Source: an uncultured Candidatus Rokubacteria bacterium (GTDB lineage: Bacteria > Methylomirabilota > Methylomirabilia > Rokubacteriales > CSP1-6). From it: 64,000 nt of DNA. Below the pieces are notes generated by a model. It saw only the letters and a program-made list of their open reading frames with translations. It ran no database searches and was not told where the DNA came from. The DNA is taken from positions 558,454-622,453 of the forward strand of contig CAVVEU010000040.1 in the NCBI GenBank assembly GCA_963747235.1. Direction: 5' to 3'. A program made the position numbers and the translations under genes. Below, one piece after another: positions 1 to 10,370 of the stretch (the stretch's first letter is position 1; each line of letters starts with the position of its first letter).

Positions 1-1508
1 CCCCGAGGGCACGAGCGTGGCCGCGATGGACGAGGTCGATGCGCGCGGTCGCGAAGGAGATCGCGCGCGCACCCGGGCGTGCGCCTCGTGCTCGCCTCGG
101 CGGGCGGCGGCTTCCTCGGCCAGGTCAACCAGGGCACGGCCTACGTGCGCATCGCGCCGCACGAGGAGCGCACCTTCTCGTTCACGCGCGTCTGGCAGCG
201 GCCTCGCGTCCGGCGACCCGCTCGGCGGCCTTCCGCGGCAACTACACCCAGCGCGACGTGATGCAGGAGGTGCGGCGCCGGCTGGCCCGGATCCCCGACC
301 TGCGCATCTCGGTGCGCAACGCGCCCGTCGTTCAACATCGGCGGCGGCAGCTTCGACATCGACTTCGCCATCCGCGGGCCCGGACCTCGACGACGCTGGC
401 GCGACTACGCCGAGACCCTGCGGGACCGCGCGCGCGAGCTCGGCGGCATCGCCGACGCCGACACCACGCTCAAGCTCGACAAGCCCGAGCTGCGCGTCGA
501 GATCGACCGCGACGCGCGCCGCCGACCTCGGCGTCGACACCGAGCGACATCGCGACGGCGCTGCGCCTCATGGTCGGCGGCGACGAGGACGTCTCGCGCT
601 TCCGCGATCCGACCGTGAACGAGGACTACGACGTGCAGCTGCGGCTCGCGGAGGGCGACCGCAGCGACCCGGCGACGATCTCGCGGCTCTACGTGCCCGC
701 GCCAGGACGGCGGGCTCGTGCGGCTCGACAACGTCGTGCAGCTCGTGCCCGCGCGACGGCGGCGTCGCGCATCGACCGCCTCGACCGCCAGCGCGAGGTC
801 GCGGCTGCGCGCCTCGGTCGCGCCCGGCTTCGCGCCTGGCCGACCGCCTCGAGGCGCTGCGCGAGCGCGGTCGCCGACGATGAACCTGCCCGCCGGCCTA
901 CACGACCGCGATCGTCGGGCCGCGGCCGCGAGCTCGAGCGCACCTTCGCGGAGTTCCTGTGGGCGTTCCTGCTCTCGGTCGTCTTCATGTACATGATCCT
1001 GGCCTCGCAGTTCGAGAGCCTGGTCCACCCGCTGACGATCCTGCTCTCGCTGCCGCTCGTCGGTGCCGTTCGCGCTCCTCTCGCTCTGGCTCACCGGCAA
1101 CACGCTCAACCTCTACTCGGCGCTCGGCATCCTCGTGCTCTTCGGCGTCGTGAAGAAGAACTCGATCCTGCAGATCGACCACATGAACACGCTGCGCGAC
1201 CCACGGCATCGACCGCCTGCGCCGCGATCCTGCAGGCCAACCGCGACCGCCTGCGGCCGATCCTGATGACCACGCTGGCGCTGGTCGCCGGCATGCTGCC
1301 GCTCGCGCTCGGCACCGGGCCGGGCGCGGAGGAGCGCCGCGCGATCGCGGTCGTGGTGATCGGCGGCCAGACCCTCTCGCTGCTGCTGACGCTGCTCGTG
1401 ACGCCGGTGGCGTACTCGCTCTTCGACGACCTCGCGCGCATGCTGGGCTGGCAGAGCCTGGTCCGCATCGGCCGGCGCGGCCTCCGCGCCGCGCGCGCCC
1501 GCCGCTAG
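1..1508 (+). CDS. RND efflux permease (AcrB/AcrD/AcrF family), C-terminal part, several frameshifts
   Basis: Motifs [57 protein letters not shown] spread across frames. Confidence 0.9.
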   Translation, partial: PRARAWPRWTRSMRAVAKEIARAPGRAPRARLGGRRLPRPGQPGHGLRAHRAARGAHLLVHARLAAASRPATRSAAFRGNYTQRDVMQEVRRRLARIPDLRISVRNAPVVQHRRRQLRHRLRHPRARTSTTLARLRRDPAGPRARARRHRRRRHHAQARQARAARRDRPRRAPPTSASTPSDIATALRLMVGGDEDVSRFRDPTVNEDYDVQLRLAEGDRSDPATISRLYVPAPGRRARAARQRRAARARATAASRIDRLDRQREVAAARLGRARLRAWPTASRRCASAVADDEPARRPTRPRSSGRGRELERTFAEFLWAFLLSVVFMYMILASQFESLVHPLTILLSLPLVGAVRAPLALAHRQHAQPLLGARHPRALRRREEELDPADRPHEHAARPTASTACAAILQANRDRLRPILMTTLALVAGMLPLALGTGPGAEERRAIAVVVIGGQTLSLLLTLLVTPVAYSLFDDLARMLGWQSLVRIGRRGLRAARARR

Positions 1509-1527
1509 ACGGGCCCGGCCGGGACGC

Positions 1528-1549
1528 GGGGCCCCGCCGCGGCCCCTTT
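1528..1549 (+). terminator. Possible intrinsic terminator hairpin after the RND gene
   Basis: GGGGCC-ccgccgc-GGCCCC followed by TTT; the U-tract is short. Confidence 0.35.
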
Positions 1550-1576
1550 GACAGCCCGTCTCCGTTCCCATACACT
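1548..1576 (+). promoter_or_regulatory. sigma70-type promoter
   Basis: TTGACA (1548-1553), 17-bp spacer, TACACT (1571-1576), about 40 bp before ATG at 1614. Confidence 0.65.
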
Positions 1577-1613
1577 CCGCGGCGTATCGATCTCCCGGCT
1601 CCTGGGGGACCTC

Positions 1614-1931
1614 ATGAGGCTCCGTCCGCTCGAGCTCGCTCGCCCGCTCGTCCTCGTCGCGCTCGTGGTGTCGGTGGCCACCGTCGTGTCGCACGCGATC
1701 CCGTCTCGGCCCAGCAGTGGCCCGAGCGGCGGGGCCAGGGCGTCTGCTACTGCGCAGCACGGGTGGTGTCCGCTGGACCGGGCGGAGCGCATTCCGGTCG
1801 GGACCGCGTGCTACTGCATCCTGCCGGACCGGCGGACCATCTCCGGCATCACGAGCCCACTCTACTACCACGGCCGCGTCAATCCCTACTTCAATCTGCA
1901 CCCACCGGCGGTCCCGACGCTGATCAAGTGA
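1614..1931 (+). CDS. Small secreted hypothetical protein with 3 Cys
   Basis: GGGGAC before ATG; hydrophobic N-terminus; WCPL..TACYCIL. Confidence 0.6.
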   Translation: MRLRPLELARPLVLVALVVSVATVVSHAIPSRPSSGPSGGARASATAQHGWCPLDRAERIPVGTACYCILPDRRTISGITSPLYYHGRVNPYFNLHPPAVPTLIK

Positions 1932-1938
1932 GGAAGAC

Positions 1939-2267
1939 ATGAACAAGCTCATCGTGGGAGCCCTGATGCTGCTGGCCGCCGTCGGCCAGGTCGCGGTCGC
2001 GACAGCGCAAGACGAGTCGCCGCCGCCGCCCGCCGACGAGCGCGCCGCCCCCGCCGACTGTCCCCTGAACCGACCAGCCACTGCCGTGGTGGTTCAGACG
2101 CACCCCGAGCATGCCGGGCATGCCGTGGTTCTATCGCGCGCCCACGCCGCCCCCGCCGCGACAGTGCCGGGTCGTGTCCTGGTATCTGGCGCAGTTCTGG
2201 AACACCGACGAGTGGGGGAAGACGGTGACCTGGGTGGGCTACGCAGCCGCAGTACGCCTGCAACTAG
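1939..2267 (+). CDS. Small secreted Pro/Trp/Cys-rich hypothetical protein (probably frameshifted)
   Basis: GAGGA RBS; signal peptide MNKLIVGALMLLAAVGQVAVATA; continues in other frames as PLPWWFRRTPSMPGMPWFY..QCRVVSWY..GY/PQYACN*. Confidence 0.5.
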
Positions 2268-2318
2268 CGACGCAAGTTCCGTCGCGCGCCCCTCCGGATC
2301 TCTGCTAGCGTGCCTGGC

Positions 2319-3335
2319 GTGAGCGAGCCGGCGACGTGGCGCGAGGTGATCCCGGAGGGCGAGGCCGCGCGCCTCGAAGGCCTCGCGACGCGCCTCCTCG
2401 GCAGTGGCCGGCTCGACGGCCGGCCGCTCCACCGCAAGACGCTCGCCGCGCTGCACGCGCGCTTCGAGGTGACCGAGGCGCCGCGCGACCTGCGCCACGG
2501 CCTCTTCGCCGAGCCGGGGAGCTACGACGCCTTCGTGCGCTTCTCCTCGGGCGCGGGCCAGGCGCGGAGCGACCGCGGGCCGGACGTGCGCGGCCTCGCG
2601 GTCAAGATCCTCGGCGTCACCGGTCGGAAGGTGATCGCGGGTCTCGAGACCGCGACGACGCAGGACTTCCTCACGATCCTCTCGCCCACCTTCCCGTTCA
2701 AGGATCCGGCCGCCTTCGTGGACATCGCGGTGGCGTCCCGCCGGGGCAAGCTCGCGGTGGTGCGCGCGGTGCTGAAGCACTTCGGCCCGCTCGGCCTCTT
2801 CGGGGCGCTGCCCCGACTGCAGCGCGCGCTGGACTCCTCCATGCGGAGCCTGGCCGAGCGCACCTACTTCACCGCGGTCCCGCTGCGCCTCGGCCCCCAC
2901 GCGGTCAAGCTGCGCTTCCGCCCGACCGACGTGCCCCCGCCGGTGCCGCCGGTGGGCGGTCCCGACGCGCTCGCGGTCGAGCTCCAGGCCCGCGTGCGGG
3001 CGTCCCCGCTGTCCTTCCGCGTCGAGGCGCAGCGCTTCGTGGACGAGTTCCGCACCCCGATCGAGGATCCGACCGTGGAGTGGACCGAGCGTGACGCGCC
3101 GTGGGTCGCCCTGGCCCGCCTGGCGATCCCCGCGCAGGCGCCCGAGTCGCGCGCGGGCCGGGCGCTGGCCGCCTACGTGGAGCGCCTGTCCTTCGATCCG
3201 TGGCACGCCCTGGTCGAGCACCGGCCGCTCGGAGTGGTCATGCGGGCGCGGGCGGTCGCCTACCGGCACGCGGTCCTCGCCCGCGGCGCCATCTCCGAGC
3301 TGGAGGTCAAGCCGCCATCCGCCGTGATGGGCTGA
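2319..3335 (+). CDS. Catalase-like heme protein
   Basis: RPLHRK, VRFS, DVRGLAVK, QDFL, SFDPWH, HRPLG, RARAVAY motifs. Confidence 0.8.
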   Translation: MSEPATWREVIPEGEAARLEGLATRLLGSGRLDGRPLHRKTLAALHARFEVTEAPRDLRHGLFAEPGSYDAFVRFSSGAGQARSDRGPDVRGLAVKILGVTGRKVIAGLETATTQDFLTILSPTFPFKDPAAFVDIAVASRRGKLAVVRAVLKHFGPLGLFGALPRLQRALDSSMRSLAERTYFTAVPLRLGPHAVKLRFRPTDVPPPVPPVGGPDALAVELQARVRASPLSFRVEAQRFVDEFRTPIEDPTVEWTERDAPWVALARLAIPAQAPESRAGRALAAYVERLSFDPWHALVEHRPLGVVMRARAVAYRHAVLARGAISELEVKPPSAVMG

Positions 3336-3373
3336 CGCGCGAGCGCATATACCACCGGCTCAAGGAGACCACG

Positions 3374-4918
3374 ATGAACGGTGCGGAGAGCCTGGCGCGA
3401 ACGCTGGTGGCGGGTGGGGTCAACGTGTGCTTCACGAACCCGGGCACGTCGGAGATGCACTTCGTGGCCGCGCTGGACAAGGTGGACGGCATCCGCTGCG
3501 TGCTCGGCCTCTTCGAGGGCGTGGTGACGGGCGCGGCCGACGGCTACTGGCGCATGGCCGACAAGCCGGCCGCCACCCTGCTGCACCTGGGGCCCGGGCT
3601 CGGCAACGGGCTCGCCAACCTCCACAACGCGCGCAAGGCCAGCTCCGGCATCGTCAACATCGTGGGCGAGCACGCGACCTACCACATCAAGCACGACGCG
3701 CCGCTCACCTCGGACATCGAGGGCATCGCGCGCCCGGTCTCCGCCTGGGTGCGCACGTCGCCCAGCGCCCGCGCGGTGGCCGCCGACGGCGCCGCCGCCA
3801 TCGCGGCCGCGCGCACCGCGCCCGGCCAGGTCGCGACGCTGATCCTGCCCGCCGACACCGCGTGGAACGAGGCCGACGGCGTCGCGCCGGTCCCGCCGGC
3901 GGCCGCGCCCGCGGCGGTCGGCACGGACGCGATCGAGCGCTGCGCCAAGGCGCTGCGCTCGGGCGAGCCGGCCATGCTCATGCTGACGGGTCTCGCGGTC
4001 CGCGAGCGCGGCCTGGCGCTGGCCGGTCGCATCGCCACCGCGACCGGGGCGCGCATCATCGCCCAGGGCTCCAACGCCCGCATCCAGCGCGGCGCCGGGC
4101 GCGTGCCGATCGAGCGGCTGCCGTACCCGGTGGACCAGGCGCTCGCGGTGCTGAAGGACGTGCGGCATCTCATCCTGGTCGGCGCGAAGGCCCCGGTGGC
4201 CTTCTTCGCCTATCCGGACAAGCCCAGCGTGCTCACCCCCGACGGCTGCCAGGTGCACCGGCTCTCGACGATGGCCGACGACTCGATCGGCGCGCTGGAG
4301 GCGCTGGCCGAGGCGGTCGGGGCCAAGAAGAACGGCGAGGTGGTCCAGCAGCCCGGTCGGCCCGCGCTCCCGACCGGCGCGCTCACGCCCGACACGCTGG
4401 CCGCCGCGCTCGGCGCGCTGCTCCCCGAGGGCGCCATCGTCTCCGACGAGTCGGTGACCACCGGCCGCGGCTTCTTCAAGGCGACCGCGGGCGCCCCGCC
4501 CCACGACTGGCTGAACAACATGGGCGGCTCCATCGGCCTGGGCCTCCCGCTCGCCACCGGCGCGGCGGTGGCGTGCCCCGACCGCAAGGTCGTGTGCCTC
4601 GAGGGCGACGGCAGCGGCATGTACACGCTGCAGGCGCTCTGGACGCAGGCGCGCGAAGGGCTCGACGTGACCACCGTGGTCTTCGCCAACCGCACGTACG
4701 CGATCCTGCGGCACGAGCTGAGCGGCGTCCGCGCCGGGACGCCCGGCCCCAAGGCGGCCGACATGCTCGACATCGGCCGCCCGGATCTCGACTGGGTCTC
4801 GCTCGCGCGCGGCATGGGCGTGCCCGCGAGCCGCGCCACCACCGCGGAGGAGTTCAACAAGCAGTTCGCGGCCGGCCTCGCCGCGCCCGGCCCCTACCTG
4901 ATCGAGGCCGTCCTCTAG
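3374..4918 (+). CDS. Acetolactate synthase large subunit-like ThDP enzyme
   Basis: NPGTSEMH, LFEGVVTGAADGY, GDGSGMY..N ThDP motif; AAGGAG RBS. Confidence 0.9.
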   Translation: MNGAESLARTLVAGGVNVCFTNPGTSEMHFVAALDKVDGIRCVLGLFEGVVTGAADGYWRMADKPAATLLHLGPGLGNGLANLHNARKASSGIVNIVGEHATYHIKHDAPLTSDIEGIARPVSAWVRTSPSARAVAADGAAAIAAARTAPGQVATLILPADTAWNEADGVAPVPPAAAPAAVGTDAIERCAKALRSGEPAMLMLTGLAVRERGLALAGRIATATGARIIAQGSNARIQRGAGRVPIERLPYPVDQALAVLKDVRHLILVGAKAPVAFFAYPDKPSVLTPDGCQVHRLSTMADDSIGALEALAEAVGAKKNGEVVQQPGRPALPTGALTPDTLAAALGALLPEGAIVSDESVTTGRGFFKATAGAPPHDWLNNMGGSIGLGLPLATGAAVACPDRKVVCLEGDGSGMYTLQALWTQAREGLDVTTVVFANRTYAILRHELSGVRAGTPGPKAADMLDIGRPDLDWVSLARGMGVPASRATTAEEFNKQFAAGLAAPGPYLIEAVL

Positions 4919-6823
4919 CCGCGGCTGCAGCAATCCCCGTGCGGCGTCGGGCGGGGCACGTCCAGCGCCGGGTTGCGGTCGAAGAAGCCGGCCGGCTTGA
5001 GCATGAAGCCGATCGTGGTCACCGGCATCACGGGCCAGTCCTCGGGTCGGACGATGTGGTGGGCGCCGAAGGTGTACCAGAGGACGACGTCGGTGTTCTC
5101 GAGCGGCGCGTCGTCCCGCACGTAGGTCGGCAGGCCGGCCCCGCCGGGATGCTGGTTCGGGTACTCGCCGGCGGCGTAGCGCTCGCGCGGATCGTGGCGC
5201 GTGACCCAGAGGTGCCGGGTCATGAAGGCCGCGCGCTTGGTGACGGAGGCTTCCGGCCCCGCGAACGGCCGCACGTTCTCGCCCGGCATCAGCTTGTAGG
5301 CGACCGGCTCGCCGAGGCGGTTGCGCACCGAGGGATTCACGACCTTCCAGAAGCGCCCGGCCAGCGGATCGAGGAGCCGCTGCGCCTGGGCCTCCGAGGC
5401 CAGCAGCGTGGCCTCGGCGTGGAAGGCATTGTGGTGCGGGTTCTCGGGCCCGGGCGCGTCCGCGACGGTGTTGACCTCGTAGACCGAGTTGTCCGGCCCG
5501 TCCACCATCATGTCGAGGCGCGCGTTGAAGAAGTGCTGGTGAATGGGCCCGTACACGCCCGGCGCGACCATCTCGCCCCACCGCGGCTTGGCCCCGGGCG
5601 GCTCCGCGCCGTTCGAGATGACGCCGGTCAGCTTGACTTCCAACTGGATCGTGCCGTCGAGGTAGAAGTACCAGTAGAACCCGTACTCGTAGTTGCCCAC
5701 CGTCGAGATGGACGACACCACCAGGCGGCGTGAGCGGCGCACCTCGGTCGTCCCCAGGCGCCAGTCGAAGTGCTTCCAGAGGATGCCCGCGTCCTCCTCG
5801 TGGAGGCAGATGGCGTTCGCCAGCGTCACCGGGCGGCCCTGCCCGTCGTTGACCACCGCGTCGAGGTAGCGGATCTCGCCCAGGCAGTCGCAGCCGTTCT
5901 CGAGCGCAGTTGGCGAGCGTGCCGATGCCGTACTCGCCCACGTCGAAGGCGTTGCGGTGGAAGTAGGTCGGCCGCGGGTCGCCGTAGGGCACCACCATGT
6001 CGGCGATCGAGGCGCGGTAGAGGACCGGCCGCTCGCGCCCCTGGTCCTCGTAGCCGACCGTGTGGAGCACGAGGCCCTCGCGGGGCGTGAAGCCGATCCG
6101 CATCCGCCAGCGCTGCCAGCGCAGCTCGTGGCCCGCGAGCTCGAAGCTCGGCCCCTCCGGCTGGCGGATCTCGACCGGCTTGAGCCCGGCGCGCGTGCCC
6201 GCCGCCTCCGGCGAGTAGTTGGCGTCCTCGGGCGGCAGCGGGACGACCCCGCCGTCCTCCACCGCGACCACCGCCATCGCGTTCAGGTCCACGACCGTCA
6301 GCAGGTTGGCCACCGGCCGCGCGTAGCCATTGTCCTGCGCGTGCCGCCGCACCCACGTGAGCGCGCGCACCAGCCGCCGCCCCTCGTCCTGCGGGAAGCC
6401 GAAGTTGCCCGCCGACCAGCAGTCCACCATGGCGAGGCTCAGATCGGTGATCCCGCGCCGGCGCATGGCTTCCTGCCAGCGCGGGTCGGCGCGGACCGCC
6501 GCCTCGCAATCCACGAACTCGTCCAGCACGATGGCGGGCTGGGCGCCGGGCACGTGCTCCCACGACAGCACGCGGCCCCCGGAGAGCGACACGACCGCCT
6601 CGTAGGTCTTGCCGGGCCCGGAGTCCACGAGCACCACGAACGCGGCCCGCTCCACCGCGTCGCCGGGCCGGTGCGCGAGCACGATCTTCTTGGCCGGCTC
6701 GTGCAGCATGATGAAGATGACCCGCACCCGCGGCCCGAGCGCGCGCTCCGTCCGCACGATCTCCCAGGCGCGCGCGATCTCGGCCGCGGTCAGCGGATCC
6801 AGGGGGTGGACGGTCGATGCCAT
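4915..6823 (-). CDS. tynA: Copper-containing primary-amine oxidase (frameshift near 5905)
   Basis: HPLDPL start, TVGNYEY TPQ motif, HQH copper ligands, HIVRPEDWPVMP. Confidence 0.9.
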
Positions 6824-6842
6824 GCGTCGTCTCCTTCGCCCT

Positions 6843-7844
6843 CTACTCGATGACCTGGTGGGCCTGGACCAGGATGGAAGGCGGCACCTGGAGCCCGATC
6901 GCCTTCGCGGTCTTGAGGTTCACGACCAGCTCGAACCGGTCCGGCTGCTCGACCGACAGGTCGCCCGGCCGGGCCCCGCCGAGAATGCGGTGGACGTAGG
7001 AGGCGGCGCGGCGCTGCACGTCGGCGAAGCTGCTAGCATAGCTCATGAGCCCGCCCCCCTCGACCGCCTCCCGGAACGGAAACACCGACGGCAGCTTCTG
7101 CTCGCGTGCGGCCTCCGCGATGCGCGAGGCGATGCCGTCGAGCAGGGGGCTCTCCACCGTGTAGATCCCCTGCACGTGCGCCGCCCGCAGCCGCCGCCGG
7201 AGGGTCTCGCGCGTCTCCGACCCCGTGATCTCCATCCACTCGATCTGCACGCCGAGCCTCGTGGCCATGCTCTCGAGCTCGGTGATCGTGGGGCGGCGCG
7301 CCGGATTGACCAGGACGGCGACCCGGTCGAGCCTCGGCACCATCTCCTTCAGGAGCGAGAGGCGCTTGCTCCGCATCTCGGGGCTCATGAGGGCCACGCC
7401 GGTCACGTTCCCGCCCGGCCGGGCGAGGTTCGTCACCAACCCCTGGACGACGGGATCCCCGGCCGGCGCCATGACGATCGGTACGGTGGCGGTGACCGCC
7501 TTGGCCGCGAGGGCGGCCTGGAAGCCGACCGCGACGATCAGGTCCACCCGGGCCCGCACGAGCTCGCCCGCCATCCTCCGCAGGCGCTCGAGATTGCCCG
7601 CCGCGTAGCGGTACTCGAAGACGACGTTCTGCCCCTCGACGTAGCCCAGCTCGCGCAGGCCCTCCCGCAACGCCACGGCGCGCTGCGAATTGTCGGACTC
7701 GGGTCGCGCCAGGAAGAGGATGCCGATGCGGGCGACGGCCGGCTGGGCCAGGACCGCCGCGCCTCCCGGCACCAGCAAGGTCAGGACCAGCCCCAGGCCG
7801 AGCAGGGCCACGCGCCTGCGGGTTCGCGGACGGGACGACGCCAT
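6843..7844 (-). CDS. Stand-alone ABC transporter substrate-binding protein
   Basis: LRELGYVEGQN, DPV..GLV.NLARPGGNVTG, GGLMSY, VEQP..FELVVNLKTAKAIG. Confidence 0.9.
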   Translation of the reverse strand: MASSRPRTRRRVALLGLGLVLTLLVPGGAAVLAQPAVARIGILFLARPESDNSQRAVALREGLRELGYVEGQNVVFEYRYAAGNLERLRRMAGELVRARVDLIVAVGFQAALAAKAVTATVPIVMAPAGDPVVQGLVTNLARPGGNVTGVALMSPEMRSKRLSLLKEMVPRLDRVAVLVNPARRPTITELESMATRLGVQIEWMEITGSETRETLRRRLRAAHVQGIYTVESPLLDGIASRIAEAAREQKLPSVFPFREAVEGGGLMSYASSFADVQRRAASYVHRILGGARPGDLSVEQPDRFELVVNLKTAKAIGLQVPPSILVQAHQVIE

Positions 7845-7900
7845 GAGCCACCCAGCATACGCAGACGGTCCGCCGGGTGGCAAGGGCGGAACGCGCGACA

Positions 7901-8263
7901 CTAGCGCGGGGGCAGCTCCCGGATCGGCCGCACCTCGATCGAGTGGCCGCCCACCCGCAGCAATGGATGCTCGGTCGCGATGGCGAGCGCCTCGTCGAGG
8001 CTCGCGACCTCCACGATGGTGTAGCCGCCGAGCTGCTCCTTGGTCTCGGCGAACGGCCCGTCCGTCGTGACCGCCTTGCCGTCACGCATCCGCACCGTGG
8101 TCGCGGTGTGGGTGGGCAGCAGCGGGTCACCGGCCAGAAAGGTGCCGCGCTGGCGAAGCGGCTCCGAAGCGTCGATCGCTTGCTGGCGGATCGCGATGCG
8201 CTCCGCCTCGGGCTTGGCGTCCCACCACTTCTCGTCCCGGTACATCAGCAGCATGTAACGCAT
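7901..8263 (-). CDS. YciI (DGPF) family protein
   Basis: [20 protein letters not shown]. Confidence 0.9.
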   Translation of the reverse strand: MRYMLLMYRDEKWWDAKPEAERIAIRQQAIDASEPLRQRGTFLAGDPLLPTHTATTVRMRDGKAVTTDGPFAETKEQLGGYTIVEVASLDEALAIATEHPLLRVGGHSIEVRPIRELPPR

Positions 8264-8279
8264 GGTGGCGGATGGCCTC

Positions 8280-9492
8280 TCAGTGCGCCACGCTCGGCAC
8301 CGCGACCCGGAACGGCGCCGGCGGCCGGAACGCGAACGCGATGGCCACCGCCCCGAGGCCGATGCCGAAGGAGCCGACGAAGAGCCAGGCGTAGCTCCCG
8401 AACGAATCGTAGAGCACGCCGCCGAGCCAGGGCCCGAGGGCCATGCCCAGGGTGGACGCGAAGGCGACCGCGCCGAAGGTGGCGCCCATGATCCGCGCGC
8501 CGAAGTACTCGCGCACCACGATCGCGTAGAGCGGCATCACGCCGCCGTAGGCGAGGCCGAACATGAGGGCCAGCGCGTAGAAGCCGGCGAGCTCGCGGGT
8601 GACCAGGTAGAGGCCCACCGCGACCGCCTGGATGGCGAGCCCCACGATCAGCACGCGCTTGGCCCCCAGCCGATCGGCCAGGAGGCCGCAGATCACGCGG
8701 CCGCTCAGGGAGGCCAGACCCGCCGCGCCCAGCACGGTGGTCGCGGCCATCGCGGAGATGCCGTGGTCGATCACGTTGGTGACCATGTGGAAGATCGGGC
8801 CCGAGTGCGCCGCGCAGCACGCGAAGTGGGTGAGCGCGATGGCCGCGAACTGCGGGGTGCGCAGGGCTTCCGCCACCGTGAATTCACGCGCCGCGACCGC
8901 GCCGGGCACGGGAGCCGCGGGCGCCGCCGCCGGCGGGTTGCGCACGAGCAGGGCGGCCGGGATGAGCAGGAGCCACGCGAGGTCGCCGATCACCAGCATC
9001 GCGACGCGCCAGTCGTAGTGGCGTGATGATCCAGCCCGCGAGGGGCGCCACCGTCATCGAGCCGAGGCCGAGCCCCGCCGAGACGAGCGCGACCGCGAGG
9101 CTTCGATGCTCGACGAACCACCGGGTCGTCGTCGCGGTCATCGGCGCGTAGAAGCTTCCGGCCGCGACGCCCACGATCACCCCGAACAGGAGCTGGAACT
9201 GGCCGAGGGTCGCCGCCCGGCTCGCGGCCACCAGGCCCGCCCCCAGCAGGATGCTGCCCGAGAGCACCACCACGCGGGTGCCGAACCGGTCGGAGAGCGC
9301 GCCCCAGAAGAACGACCCGACGCCCATGCAGAGGAAGTTCAGCATCGCGGCCAGCGAGATGCCGCTGCGGGACCACCCCATCGCCTCGGACATGGGCTGG
9401 AGAAACACCCCGAGCGAGAGCATCGAGCCGATCCCGACGCACGTCATCACGATGCCGGCCGCCACAATGACCCAGCCGTAGAAGATCTTCAT
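8280..9492 (-). CDS. MFS transporter (frameshift near 9020)
   Basis: FYGWVIV, GALSDRFGTR, GLLADRLGAK; multiple TM segments. Confidence 0.85.
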
Positions 9493-9578
9493 CGTGCCCC
9501 GAGGAGCCTACCACGGGCCGCCGGCTGAGGCTCGACCAGGTTGCCTTCCCGCGACAGGCCAAGGAAACATCGGTACCC

Positions 9579-9605
9579 TGTCGATTCAGGAGGCCGTCGA
9601 GCGAC
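9579..9605 (+). promoter_or_regulatory. ECF42-type promoter
   Basis: TGTCGA (9579-9584), 17 bp, CGAC (9602-9605), upstream of YciI-YciI-ECF sigma; matches the TGTCGA/CG(A/T)C motif reported for ECF42. Confidence 0.6.
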
Positions 9606-9644
9606 CATCCGGTGGCGGCAGCCATCCGAAGTCGAGGAGGGGCC

Positions 9645-9998
9645 ATGAAGTACGTCTGCCTGGTCTATCTTGTGGAGACGGAGATGAACGCCCTGTCCAA
9701 GCGGGAGGCCGACGCGTGCACCGAGGAGAGCCTGTCCTACGACGAGGCCCTCCGCAGAAGCGGTCACCTCATCGCCGCCCAGGCCCTCCAGCCGGTCGAG
9801 ACGGCCACCACCATCCGGGTGCGGAACGGCAAGCTGTCCACGACCGACGGCCCCTTCGCCGAGACGAAGGAGCAGCTCGGCGGGTTCATCCTGATCGAGG
9901 CCCGGGACCTCAACGACGCCATCCAGGTGGCCGCGAAGATCCCGATGGGGCGCCGGGGCAGCATCGAGGTGCGACCAATCAAGGAGCTCAAGCGATGA
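9645..9998 (+). CDS. YciI (DGPF) family protein
   Basis: [15 protein letters not shown]; GAGGAGG RBS. Confidence 0.9.
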   Translation: MKYVCLVYLVETEMNALSKREADACTEESLSYDEALRRSGHLIAAQALQPVETATTIRVRNGKLSTTDGPFAETKEQLGGFILIEARDLNDAIQVAAKIPMGRRGSIEVRPIKELKR

Positions 9999-10351
9999 AG
10001 TTCATGTTCCTGATCTATCACGAGGAGAAGACGCTGGACACGATGCCCGACGGGGAGATGCAGCGCCTCGTGGACGCGGCGCTCGGCTACAGCGAGGAGC
10101 TGCGGCAGAGCGGCCACTTCATCGTGTCGAATGCGCTGCAGCGCGGGCGGACCGCCCGGACCATCCGGGTGCGCGGCGGCAAGGTGACCACCACCGACGG
10201 CCCCTTCGCCGAGACCAAGGAGCAGCTCGGCGGCTTCTTCCTCATCGAGGCCAAGGATCTGGACGAAGCGTGCGCGGTGGCCGCGCGGTTCCCGCCGGCC
10301 CGCATCGGGACCATCGAGGTGCGCCCGGTCCAGGAGCTGCGGCACTCCTAG
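9995..10351 (+). CDS. YciI (DGPF) family protein
   Basis: [15 protein letters not shown]; ATGA overlap with the previous gene. Confidence 0.9.
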   Translation: MKFMFLIYHEEKTLDTMPDGEMQRLVDAALGYSEELRQSGHFIVSNALQRGRTARTIRVRGGKVTTTDGPFAETKEQLGGFFLIEAKDLDEACAVAARFPPARIGTIEVRPVQELRHS

Positions 10352-10370
10352 CCGCGGCCCCGAACGTCTC

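Noticed and set aside
9838-10240. Near-identical ACCGACGGCCCCTTCGCCGAGAC repeats (similar sequence near 8040 on the minus strand)
   Set aside because: Coding conservation of the DGPFAETKE motif in YciI paralogs, not a CRISPR or DNA repeat element
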